Origin: a virus
Virus record (IMG/VR): IMGVR_UViG_3300024264_000011
Span: 1-64,000 of that record
Reading direction: 5' to 3' (one strand)
Length of the DNA stretch: 64,000 nt
Positions 49,571 to 56,772 of this stretch are shown here, one piece after another. Positions within the stretch are counted from its first letter, which is position 1; each line of letters opens with the position of its first letter. The translations under genes were made by a program, and so were the position numbers. The notes beneath the pieces are model-generated. The model was not told the origin of the DNA. It made no database searches and worked only from the letters and a program-made list of their open reading frames with translations.

Positions 49571-50122
49571 TCATTTAATGAAATGATGTGGATTATTTTT
49601 ATTATGTAGTGCATCAAACATGAGTGAAATGCCTACGGTATTACCAACATTTACAATACCATATGGTAAATGATGATTGAACCAATATAACACACCAGGA
49701 TCCAAACGGAGTAAGTTCCCACCAATAAGCATATGGTAGGTTGACTGTAATGGCAAAAAATATCTATCTCTCGTCTTATAATAATTACCGTCATCAACGT
49801 TTGGTTTGACAACAGCACCTGGGTTCATCTTAATAAAACCAGTTCTACATGGTTTTTTTACTTTTATATCTCTAAAGAAGTCTTTTACTTCACTATATTT
49901 TTCTAAAAACTCGGTACTTACTTGTTTGTCATTATCTTTTACATTACAACTAAATGAGTTTTTAACAGTAATTAAGGGTACAATTTTAGTTTGTTCTAAA
50001 TTGTGCCCAAATATAATACGATCTTGATCATTCATATAGTTCCAATCTTTCCAGTTATCATATAACTTAGAAACGAAAGGACTTACATCAATATTATTTT
50101 TTACTACTACTATACTATTCAT
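49571..50122 (-). CDS. Aspartyl/asparaginyl beta-hydroxylase-like protein lacking iron ligands
   Basis: PGAVVKPNVDDGNYYKTRDRY...PGVLYWFNHHLPYGIVNVG..GISLMFD; family fold motifs present but the His positions read N and Y. Confidence 0.7.
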   Translation of the reverse strand: MNSIVVVKNNIDVSPFVSKLYDNWKDWNYMNDQDRIIFGHNLEQTKIVPLITVKNSFSCNVKDNDKQVSTEFLEKYSEVKDFFRDIKVKKPCRTGFIKMNPGAVVKPNVDDGNYYKTRDRYFLPLQSTYHMLIGGNLLRLDPGVLYWFNHHLPYGIVNVGNTVGISLMFDALHNKNNPHHFIK

Positions 50123-50127
50123 TTGTG

Positions 50128-50289
50128 TTACGATGTCATAATTTTTTCGTAAAGTGAATCAAACATCTCTTTGTCGTAATTAGTGCGACCACCAGCAATT
50201 CCATGCTCCCACACATCCATCATAATTTCTTGCAACAAAACTATTTCCTCGTAAGAAAGATTTTCAATAGAAAGATTGTTAATTGACAT
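50128..50289 (-). CDS. Small hypothetical protein (53 aa)
   Basis: MSINNLSIENLSYEEIVLLQEIMMDVW...FDSLYEKIMTS. Confidence 0.6.
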   Translation of the reverse strand: MSINNLSIENLSYEEIVLLQEIMMDVWEHGIAGGRTNYDKEMFDSLYEKIMTS

Positions 50290-50291
50290 AA

Positions 50292-50543
50292 TTAGCATGA
50301 ACAAGCGAGGGCAGAGTTAAAAAATTGTGGATCTGTGTGAATGTCGGTCACTTCGTAACCATAACCATAAACACGGGAATCAATCTCACGTTGCATATCT
50401 TTTTTGTTGATGTAACGCATGGATTGTTTATCTTTCATGAAAGTAACAATTTTGAGCATGTGACGGTTGTTGGTAGTTCCATCAGCATATTTGACGGGAT
50501 AGAAATCAACAACCATGGAAGAATCTTTAGATGTGAGTTGCAT
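50292..50543 (-). CDS. Conserved early hypothetical protein
   Basis: MQLTSKDSSMVVDFYPVK...EIDSRVYGYGYEVTD. Confidence 0.7.
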   Translation of the reverse strand: MQLTSKDSSMVVDFYPVKYADGTTNNRHMLKIVTFMKDKQSMRYINKKDMQREIDSRVYGYGYEVTDIHTDPQFFNSALACSC

Positions 50544-50571
50544 CGTTTGGGGTGTTTCTCTTAACATGGCT

Positions 50572-50631
50572 AATATACATCACATGAGAGGGGTCTACAA
50601 GCGTCTGTGGGACACTTCAACCACCGTCTAC
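50572..50631 (-). promoter_or_regulatory. Early promoter + dyad
   Basis: TTGTAG-17-TATATT; TGGGACA-N10-CGTCTAC at 50608-50631. Confidence 0.62.
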
Positions 50632-51021
50632 CTGACAACCTACCATAGCACCACTAACTACACCTAAAGGAATCGACCAGATCCAATTCTTTTTAGTAGC
50701 AAGAGTGCCACCTGCTGCACCACCTAGAATACCACCAACAACAGTACCCTCAACGCAAGAATTGTCATCAACATGTTTCTTAGAGTTATGATTATGGTGT
50801 GGGTGTGGATGAATAAACTTCACCTTTTTCTTACAAGGAATTTCTTTTTTGTCTGTATATGTGCGAACATAACCAGGATTTCTTCTAGTTCCTGGGATAT
50901 ATTCCTCACGATATACAGTCTTGTAACACTTCACATCTCTAGAATAGCCAGAACGTGATCCAGCAATGACATTAGTCGGGAGTAAGAGAATCGTTAGCAA
51001 TAATAGAATCGATTTTTTCAT
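50617..51021 (-). CDS. Signal-peptide glycine-zipper membrane protein
   Basis: MKKSILLLLTILLLPTNVIAG; YREEYIPGT; DDNSCVEGTVVGGILGGAAG...GAMVGCQVDGG. Confidence 0.78.
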   Translation of the reverse strand: MKKSILLLLTILLLPTNVIAGSRSGYSRDVKCYKTVYREEYIPGTRRNPGYVRTYTDKKEIPCKKKVKFIHPHPHHNHNSKKHVDDNSCVEGTVVGGILGGAAGGTLATKKNWIWSIPLGVVSGAMVGCQVDGG

Positions 51022-51202
51022 TTTGGAGTACCTTGTCGGTATAGTTGTGAATAATTTCAGTAATTTCATCCTCTGTCATTGTATTTAACCATGACCACAC
51101 TGGATCATCTGGATCCCACTCCATTGTAAAAGATCCATCATCATTCTCACTAACTTTCAGAGTATCAATCGGTGGGGATTCTGGGGTTTCTGAATGTTCC
51201 AT
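50972..51202 (-). CDS. Conserved small hypothetical protein
   Basis: LKVSENDDGSFTMEWDPDDPVWSWLN. Confidence 0.7.
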   Translation of the reverse strand: MEHSETPESPPIDTLKVSENDDGSFTMEWDPDDPVWSWLNTMTEDEITEIIHNYTDKVLQNEKIDSIIANDSLTPD

Positions 51203-51323
51203 AATAATTTACATATGCTAAAAATCTATTGATGTTTGGTGTTACTCCCAACGAAAGACAACACTCATACCAGGATTGAAAATCTTCATTGACATCCTCC
51301 CCCAATTTAAAGTTGATGATCAT
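51165..51323 (-). CDS. Small hypothetical protein (52 aa)
   Basis: MIINFKLGEDVNEDFQSWYECCLSLGVTPNINRFLAY. Confidence 0.55.
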   Translation of the reverse strand: MIINFKLGEDVNEDFQSWYECCLSLGVTPNINRFLAYVNYYGTFRNPRIPTD

Positions 51324-51613
51324 AATTTACCATCAACAATAGCAGATCCTACTACTCTACTATATTGTTCTAATGTACCATCTTGTTCACACTTAAGATG
51401 CCATCGTGTCATATTGATAACAATTTCTTTTGTTAATCCAAACAGGAAATCTTTTCCTGTATCTTTTCTGACACTTTTCCATAGAAACCTAGTTTCTTCT
51501 ACATAAAAAGCATCATCAATCCAATCAACTTCAGCAATCTTGGGATGTTCGTTTGTTTTTTCTCTACGTTGTGCTTCGTCAAACATTTCGTCTGGATAAG
51601 GTTCGATGTCCAT
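51320..51613 (-). CDS. Conserved cyanophage hypothetical protein
   Basis: WIDDAFYVEETRFLWKS...TRWHLKCEQDG...VDGKL. Confidence 0.75.
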   Translation of the reverse strand: MDIEPYPDEMFDEAQRREKTNEHPKIAEVDWIDDAFYVEETRFLWKSVRKDTGKDFLFGLTKEIVINMTRWHLKCEQDGTLEQYSRVVGSAIVDGKL

Positions 51614-51822
51614 TATTCTTTGTTTTTATTAAATCCAAAAGGTCCTACTTTGTTCTTTACCCTATCTTTCATTACAGCACCAGTCATTGCTTCCATGACT
51701 TTTAAAACATCTTCTGCTTTGGGTGGAACAGGACCAAGTCTTTCAGAAACAAAATTATATTTCTTAAAGAATTCATCTGCTACTAGTTTGTAGTCTTCAA
51801 CTGTAATTGGTTCATTACTCAT
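51613..51822 (-). CDS. Conserved small hypothetical protein
   Basis: EPITVEDYKLVADEFFKKY...KAEDVLKVME...GPFGF. Confidence 0.7.
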   Translation of the reverse strand: MSNEPITVEDYKLVADEFFKKYNFVSERLGPVPPKAEDVLKVMEAMTGAVMKDRVKNKVGPFGFNKNKE

Positions 51823-51962
51823 TTACCTACTCCATAATCAGGTGCTTTCTTTTCAAGATCTCGAATAGTTTGATGCAGTCGTTCAACTGACTTACGAACC
51901 TCGTCGGTTTCTTCCCACTCAAAAATGTCACCAGACTTAGTTACATGTGTTTTTTTAGTCAT
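51819..51962 (-). CDS. Small hypothetical protein (47 aa)
   Basis: MTKKTHVTKSGDIFEWEETDEVRKSVERLH...DYGVGK. Confidence 0.65.
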   Translation of the reverse strand: MTKKTHVTKSGDIFEWEETDEVRKSVERLHQTIRDLEKKAPDYGVGK

Positions 51963-51963
51963 G

Positions 51964-52197
51964 TTAATCTCCAGGTAGATTTTGTTCTTTACGATATTTT
52001 TTGATAAATCGTTTTATCTTCCACTGATCATACTTTATCCTTGGCCACATTGTCAAGATCATCCATCTACGACGAATCCCAATCATTAGTTCTAAGAATC
52101 TTACATTAACTAATCTTGCGGCATTTTCATCAGTAACAATAAAATAAACTGCGATTGAAAAGATTACTAATACTGTGTAGTAAGATCCTGTATACAT
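51964..52197 (-). CDS. Small membrane protein
   Basis: YYTVLVIFSIAVYFIVTDEN; basic C-terminus. Confidence 0.65.
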   Translation of the reverse strand: MYTGSYYTVLVIFSIAVYFIVTDENAARLVNVRFLELMIGIRRRWMILTMWPRIKYDQWKIKRFIKKYRKEQNLPGD

Positions 52198-52199
52198 TC

Positions 52200-52376
52200 T
52201 CAGAACTCCTGATTTCTTTTAAAGTCTAGGTAAGCAAGAATTTCACTTCTCCACTCCATTAATTCATTAAAACAGAGTTGTTCATGAGCATCTCTCCTAA
52301 GATCTGGATCTGGTTTCAAAACACTCTCATAAAATAAATTAAATGCGTCTTTACGTTTAAGATGTTTTTCATCCAT
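52200..52376 (-). CDS. Conserved small cyanophage protein (58 aa)
   Basis: KRKDAFNLFYESVLKPDPDLRRDAHEQLCFNELMEWR. Confidence 0.7.
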   Translation of the reverse strand: MDEKHLKRKDAFNLFYESVLKPDPDLRRDAHEQLCFNELMEWRSEILAYLDFKRNQEF

Positions 52377-52407
52377 GATAGTCTTGCGAATATGGTGATA
52401 TCATAAC

Positions 52408-52584
52408 CTATGTAGGATCATTTTTGTGTTTTTTACGGTATTTTTTAAGAATTCCGTACCCTTCCTTTATCCGTTGATAAGCTTCTTCACTTGATAGTTT
52501 ATCAGCAATTTCCATATTTACTGCATTAGTTACTACCATTTCAAATTGTCTCAGTTGTAAATCATAATTATCAAAATTATACAT
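52408..52584 (-). CDS. Small hypothetical protein (58 aa)
   Basis: LRQFEMVVTNAVNMEIADKLSSEEAYQRIK; GGAGG RBS upstream. Confidence 0.65.
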   Translation of the reverse strand: MYNFDNYDLQLRQFEMVVTNAVNMEIADKLSSEEAYQRIKEGYGILKKYRKKHKNDPT

Positions 52585-52615
52585 AATTATCCTCCTTATA
52601 CTACACAGTAGCTAT

Positions 52616-52641
52616 AAAAAAACCACCCCAAAGGGTGGTTT
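52616..52641 (-). terminator. Rho-independent terminator
   Basis: AAACCACCC-4 nt loop-GGGTGGTTT stem followed by a U-tract on the minus strand. Confidence 0.8.
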
Positions 52642-52730
52642 AATCGTTATTGGGGATAATTTAATCTCAAAGACCAATTAATATAGAACGTTCATGCGAA
52701 CATTTTAGGTAATTAAACCACTCGCAGGAT

Positions 52731-52916
52731 TTATCCCCAATCATCTTTAGTATCAAAATCTGGATCAGATTTTCGATTCCACCTCTTTTTACCTGAGATT
52801 TTATATCCACTAGCAAGTTCGTCATATTCATAGTCAGTGTTCATTGCATAATTAAGTTTTTCTTCCTTAGAAGTATTGTACTTTTTAGCGGAATACTTGC
52901 GATGAGTTCGTGCCAT
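52731..52916 (-). CDS. Small hypothetical protein
   Basis: 61-aa ORF with GGAG RBS. Confidence 0.6.
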   Translation of the reverse strand: MARTHRKYSAKKYNTSKEEKLNYAMNTDYEYDELASGYKISGKKRWNRKSDPDFDTKDDWG

Positions 52917-52945
52917 TGTAGTTTAGTTTCTCCGTTAATAAAAAA

Positions 52946-53113
52946 TTACTCGTAATAAGAGTCGAAAGCGAATTCGTATTCAGATTGTGGATCATCATAG
53001 AAATCACAATCTTCTTTATCATTTATTTCAAACTTGCGATAATATTCGTCAAGTTGAATTTCATCCCTAATTTCGTCAATGATTGAACGTTTGTGGATGG
53101 GTGTTGAGAACAT
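52946..53113 (-). CDS. Small acidic protein (55 aa)
   Basis: MFSTPIHKRSIIDEIRDEIQLDEYY...DFYDDPQSEYEFAFDSYYE; behind a promoter. Confidence 0.6.
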   Translation of the reverse strand: MFSTPIHKRSIIDEIRDEIQLDEYYRKFEINDKEDCDFYDDPQSEYEFAFDSYYE

Positions 53114-53140
53114 TGTCAGATTCCTCTGATGTACCTGGCT

Positions 53141-53169
53141 ATAATATAGGCAAGTTCCCTCCTTGTCAA
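53141..53169 (-). promoter_or_regulatory. Sigma70-type promoter
   Basis: TTGACA-17-TATTAT. Confidence 0.75.
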
Positions 53170-53187
53170 GGGCCGGAACGAAAAAAA

Positions 53188-53334
53188 TTATTTATCTATC
53201 AATAGAGTACGAATCCACTCATCAAATTCTTCTCCGATGGAGATTGCATCTTCAAATTGTCCCTGATTTATCAGGGACTCAAGTCTCTCCATTCTCTCCT
53301 TGAGAATAAGTTTGATGTTTTCTTCAGTGATCAT
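53188..53334 (-). CDS. Small hypothetical protein (48 aa)
   Basis: MITEENIKLILKERMERLESLINQGQFEDAISIGEEFDEW; ATGA overlap. Confidence 0.6.
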   Translation of the reverse strand: MITEENIKLILKERMERLESLINQGQFEDAISIGEEFDEWIRTLLIDK

Positions 53335-53612
53335 ATTTCTTTAGACCATTTTCCAATTGGACATGAGGAGTGTTTCAATCTTGTTTTAGCTGACATAAAG
53401 CACCCACAACGTTTACATTGTGTAGTAGATGAATTAAATTCATCACATGATCTACAAATTCTTAATCTGTTATCTACAGTTTCTTTCGGGACAAATGCAG
53501 ATCTACCTTTAGATATTTCACCAATAGAATCTGTAATATTTTCAGAGAGACCTTTCATTTTGTTGATAAGGTCTCTCTTCATTTTGTCCCTAATTTCTCG
53601 GGACTTAGACAT
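53331..53612 (-). CDS. Cys-rich putative Zn-binding protein (DUF6171-like)
   Basis: RLRICRSC...QCKRCGCFMSAKTRL..SSCPIGKW. Confidence 0.75.
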   Translation of the reverse strand: MSKSREIRDKMKRDLINKMKGLSENITDSIGEISKGRSAFVPKETVDNRLRICRSCDEFNSSTTQCKRCGCFMSAKTRLKHSSCPIGKWSKEI

Positions 53613-53848
53613 TATTCTTCAACAGTTCCAGAAGCGTCAGAAGTGGTTTCTGGAAGAGTTACTTGTTCACCTTCAGTAGGTGGTTCCAAGATATTCATGC
53701 TTTCAATAGCACCTTGGAGTTTCAGGAAAAGTTCTTTCCTCCTTGCAAGTTCAGCATCGAGTTGTTGAATTTCCTCTGCACACTTTTTCTGTTGTTCGAG
53801 GAAGTTTGCACGAAGTTCTGCGGGAGTTTGTGTAGGAGTTGCTGTCAT
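53612..53848 (-). CDS. Coiled-coil hypothetical protein
   Basis: ELARRKELFLKLQGAIESM. Confidence 0.7.
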   Translation of the reverse strand: MTATPTQTPAELRANFLEQQKKCAEEIQQLDAELARRKELFLKLQGAIESMNILEPPTEGEQVTLPETTSDASGTVEE

Positions 53849-53875
53849 TGTTGATAAAAGTTGATTACGATAACA

Positions 53876-53938
53876 ATCATAGATTATTTAGACGTGTTTG
53901 TCAAGGGTATTGACACGGTTAACCGAACTCAGTAGAAT
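53876..53938. promoter_or_regulatory. Back-to-back divergent sigma70 promoters
   Basis: Minus: TTGACA(53899-53904)-17-TATGAT; plus: TTGACA(53910-53915)-17-TAGAAT(53933-53938); late-type TAAATA on minus at 53885-53890. Confidence 0.72.
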
Positions 53939-53969
53939 AACTCTGTCAGGGTTCAAAAGAGAAGCTATA

Positions 53970-54668
53970 TTACTTATCAAATGCATGGTGTGATTTTAAT
54001 CCATTAGCTCTTACATAATGAAAGAATATTTGGTGATGATATTCTGGTTCTCGTATTAATTTTCTTAGATTACTAAAGACAAAGTTATATTTGGATTTTA
54101 AAGGAGTTCTCCAGTGTTCAACATCACAACCCATATAGACAATACCATCACCATCTTTTAAATTAGCATAAACTTCTTTTCCACCTAAAGTTTTTAAACA
54201 AAAACTCCATGGTTTATGAGAAGCTTTGCTAATTTGTATTGATACTGAAATTTCACAAGCATCTCTATCTACATGTCTCTCTAGTTTTTGACCTAAAAAA
54301 TAAAATCGTTCATAGTAATAGGTATTATATAATTCGTCATTCAATATTTTTTCTAAAATAGTTTTTACTTTAGAATGAGTTGTTTTATATTTTGGATAAC
54401 CATATCTTGCTAAAGAACCAGATACTTGAACTTCATCTGGTTCATGCGAGTATTTGTCATATGAACCATAATAACTAAGTTTACCTCTTTCTCTTGGAAC
54501 TTTAGTATAAAGTTCTTCTGGATCTACTAAATTACGAATAATTAGAAACCCATGTCTTTTTAAAAATTGTTGAGCACCAATAGGCACAGTATCATCTCCT
54601 GGGTCTATTGATATACTCATATCTCTGTATTCTCTATAATCTTCAAAGATACGTGCTGCAATTTCCAT
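53970..54668 (-). CDS. 2OG-Fe(II) oxygenase
   Basis: LERHVDRDACEISVS...GDGIVYMGCDVEHWR...HQIFFHYV. Confidence 0.82.
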   Translation of the reverse strand: MEIAARIFEDYREYRDMSISIDPGDDTVPIGAQQFLKRHGFLIIRNLVDPEELYTKVPRERGKLSYYGSYDKYSHEPDEVQVSGSLARYGYPKYKTTHSKVKTILEKILNDELYNTYYYERFYFLGQKLERHVDRDACEISVSIQISKASHKPWSFCLKTLGGKEVYANLKDGDGIVYMGCDVEHWRTPLKSKYNFVFSNLRKLIREPEYHHQIFFHYVRANGLKSHHAFDK

Positions 54669-54670
54669 AA

Positions 54671-55294
54671 TTACCTCCAACGGGGTCCTACAACCCAACC
54701 AACTAATGATTTACGTAAACCAGATTTAACTTTTAAAACTCTATGTTTTGTTCTAGAATCAAATATAATTATTGTTCCTTTCTTTCTAGGGGCAAAATAA
54801 CTTTGATCAGTTTCGTCGAGTAACTGGAGATTACCACCAGTATAATTTTCCGAATCAGATAACTGCAAGACAAAAGATAACTTTCTTACCATTTCACATT
54901 TTTCACTTACATAGTCTTCATTAGATTTAAATTTACCGTCTTCCAAAATATTAGTTGGAGAATAACAAGAAGCAATACCAGCATCTATATGCCATTTATA
55001 GAACTCACCTGGATTATAATGTGTATACTGAATATTTTCTCCATCTACATTAGATATATCATAGAGAAAATTTTCTCTATTTGCTTTTTGTACATAGTGC
55101 CACAAAAAACCAGAAACCCAATGCGTAGTTGGTATCCACGCATTGTATGAGTTTCTTTTAGATTCATCTATTACATCATTCTGTAGTTTTGATTTCTGCA
55201 CGTGCTCATCAAAATTCTTAGATAAATCTTTTCCTAATACATCTACAATATCTTCTGGTAGGTTGGTATCAAACCAAATACTTTGATATGACAT
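54671..55294 (-). CDS. 2OG-Fe(II) oxygenase (prolyl-hydroxylase-like)
   Basis: YKWHID...RKLSFVLQLS...YTGG...FDSRTKHRV..VKSGLRKSLVGW. Confidence 0.9.
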   Translation of the reverse strand: MSYQSIWFDTNLPEDIVDVLGKDLSKNFDEHVQKSKLQNDVIDESKRNSYNAWIPTTHWVSGFLWHYVQKANRENFLYDISNVDGENIQYTHYNPGEFYKWHIDAGIASCYSPTNILEDGKFKSNEDYVSEKCEMVRKLSFVLQLSDSENYTGGNLQLLDETDQSYFAPRKKGTIIIFDSRTKHRVLKVKSGLRKSLVGWVVGPRWR

Positions 55295-55314
55295 AAACAA
55301 ACATCAAATGTACA

Positions 55315-55695
55315 TTATATATGCTCAAACTTTAACCACGAATCAGTATCCTCATCCCAAAAATAGTTATATTCATTATAATCATCTGGATATGGTATTG
55401 GAGGTTCCCATACCAAAGATTCCATATTTAATGTCCAAGATTCGTGTGGTTTGTTTTCAATGAAACAATCTCTATCTGGTACGTATAAATTACCTATACC
55501 AGCAAATTTACTTCTAATATTTGAATTAAATGATGTCTGTAACCATGTAGAATTTGGATCACTTACAATTTGTCTACAAAGTTCAATACCCGTAGATTCA
55601 CTTTCATTACCATTCTCATCTAAAATTTCTTCATTTGCAATAACTATAGTTTTAATAACTATGTTATTTTCATCCAATTGTGTAAAATGTGCCAT
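55315..55695 (-). CDS. Conserved protein accompanying glycine-rich fibre-tip genes
   Basis: MAHFTQLDENNIV...WLQTSFN...FAGIG...WEPPIPYP...WDED. Confidence 0.72.
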   Translation of the reverse strand: MAHFTQLDENNIVIKTIVIANEEILDENGNESESTGIELCRQIVSDPNSTWLQTSFNSNIRSKFAGIGNLYVPDRDCFIENKPHESWTLNMESLVWEPPIPYPDDYNEYNYFWDEDTDSWLKFEHI

Positions 55696-55701
55696 AATAG
55701 T

Positions 55702-56772
55702 TTACTGATACTTGTAAATAAATCTAACTAAACCTGATCCACCGTTACCACCAGCGCCTCTATATTGTGGGGCATCTCTTTGACCTCCTCCACCTCCACC
55801 TGCTCCTCTATTAGCACTTCCAGCACCAGCATTAGCGGTATTAATGGATCCAGCACCACCTCCACCCGATCCACCCGATCCTGCTTGAGTTTGCGCTGGT
55901 GCATAAGCACCACCAGGTCTAGAACAACCTCCGCCACCTCCAGCTCCATATCTTATCGTTACCTGCATATTAGTTTGTTCAACTGACCACACAAGGCCAT
56001 TGCCACCAGGGCCTCCTCTAAAAACACGTCCATCCTGAGTTGGATAAGGACCAGGGCAATTTCTTCCAGTTTGTTCAGCACCTCCGCCTCCACCTCCAGC
56101 GCCATTTCCTGGAATTGTATAAGATCCTGTACCACCATTTTTTCCTTGTGGTGGAGAAACAGCAGGAGTATTACCATTTCCACCAGGCCAACCGCTAACT
56201 GGATTTCCTCTTACAGATCCACCTCCACCAGATCCTCCAGCATTACCAGCAGAAAATCTTCCACCTCTTCCACCACCAGCAGATGTAATTCCATTAAAAG
56301 ATGATGAACTTCCATTAGATCCATTACCAGAGTTTGGTCCTCCTGGACCACCAGATCCTCCAGCACCTACAACAACTGGATAACTACCAGGTGATATATT
56401 CATAGTGCCGGTTCTCATACCACCTCCGCCTCCACCTCCAGAGATTCCGCCGCCTCCTCCACCGCCGCCACCGACGACGCAATAATATAATTCGGGTGCA
56501 TCATCAGGTGCATGATTTATAGTTAACGTACCACTACTACTAAATTCAACTCTTCTCCAATTACCATTAGTAGCATTTGGTGAATTTCCAGGATATGATA
56601 CTGACATATAAGTCCTATTAAGACCCCTAAAACTATTCATAGATATTGCACCTGTTGCAATTCCAATAGCTGCTCTCATTGCAGCATCACCAAGACTACG
56701 AGTTGCACCACTAGCATGTCCCACGTATGATTGAATTTGGTTTATACTAATAGATCCAGTAGGTAAAGGCAT
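55702..56772 (-). CDS. Glycine-rich virion protein (gp38-like adhesin candidate)
   Basis: LPTGSISINQIQ N-terminus; repeated GGGGGG loops; ends GGSGLVRFIY. Confidence 0.7.
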   Translation of the reverse strand: MPLPTGSISINQIQSYVGHASGATRSLGDAAMRAAIGIATGAISMNSFRGLNRTYMSVSYPGNSPNATNGNWRRVEFSSSGTLTINHAPDDAPELYYCVVGGGGGGGGGISGGGGGGGMRTGTMNISPGSYPVVVGAGGSGGPGGPNSGNGSNGSSSSFNGITSAGGGRGGRFSAGNAGGSGGGGSVRGNPVSGWPGGNGNTPAVSPPQGKNGGTGSYTIPGNGAGGGGGGAEQTGRNCPGPYPTQDGRVFRGGPGGNGLVWSVEQTNMQVTIRYGAGGGGGCSRPGGAYAPAQTQAGSGGSGGGGAGSINTANAGAGSANRGAGGGGGGQRDAPQYRGAGGNGGSGLVRFIYKYQ

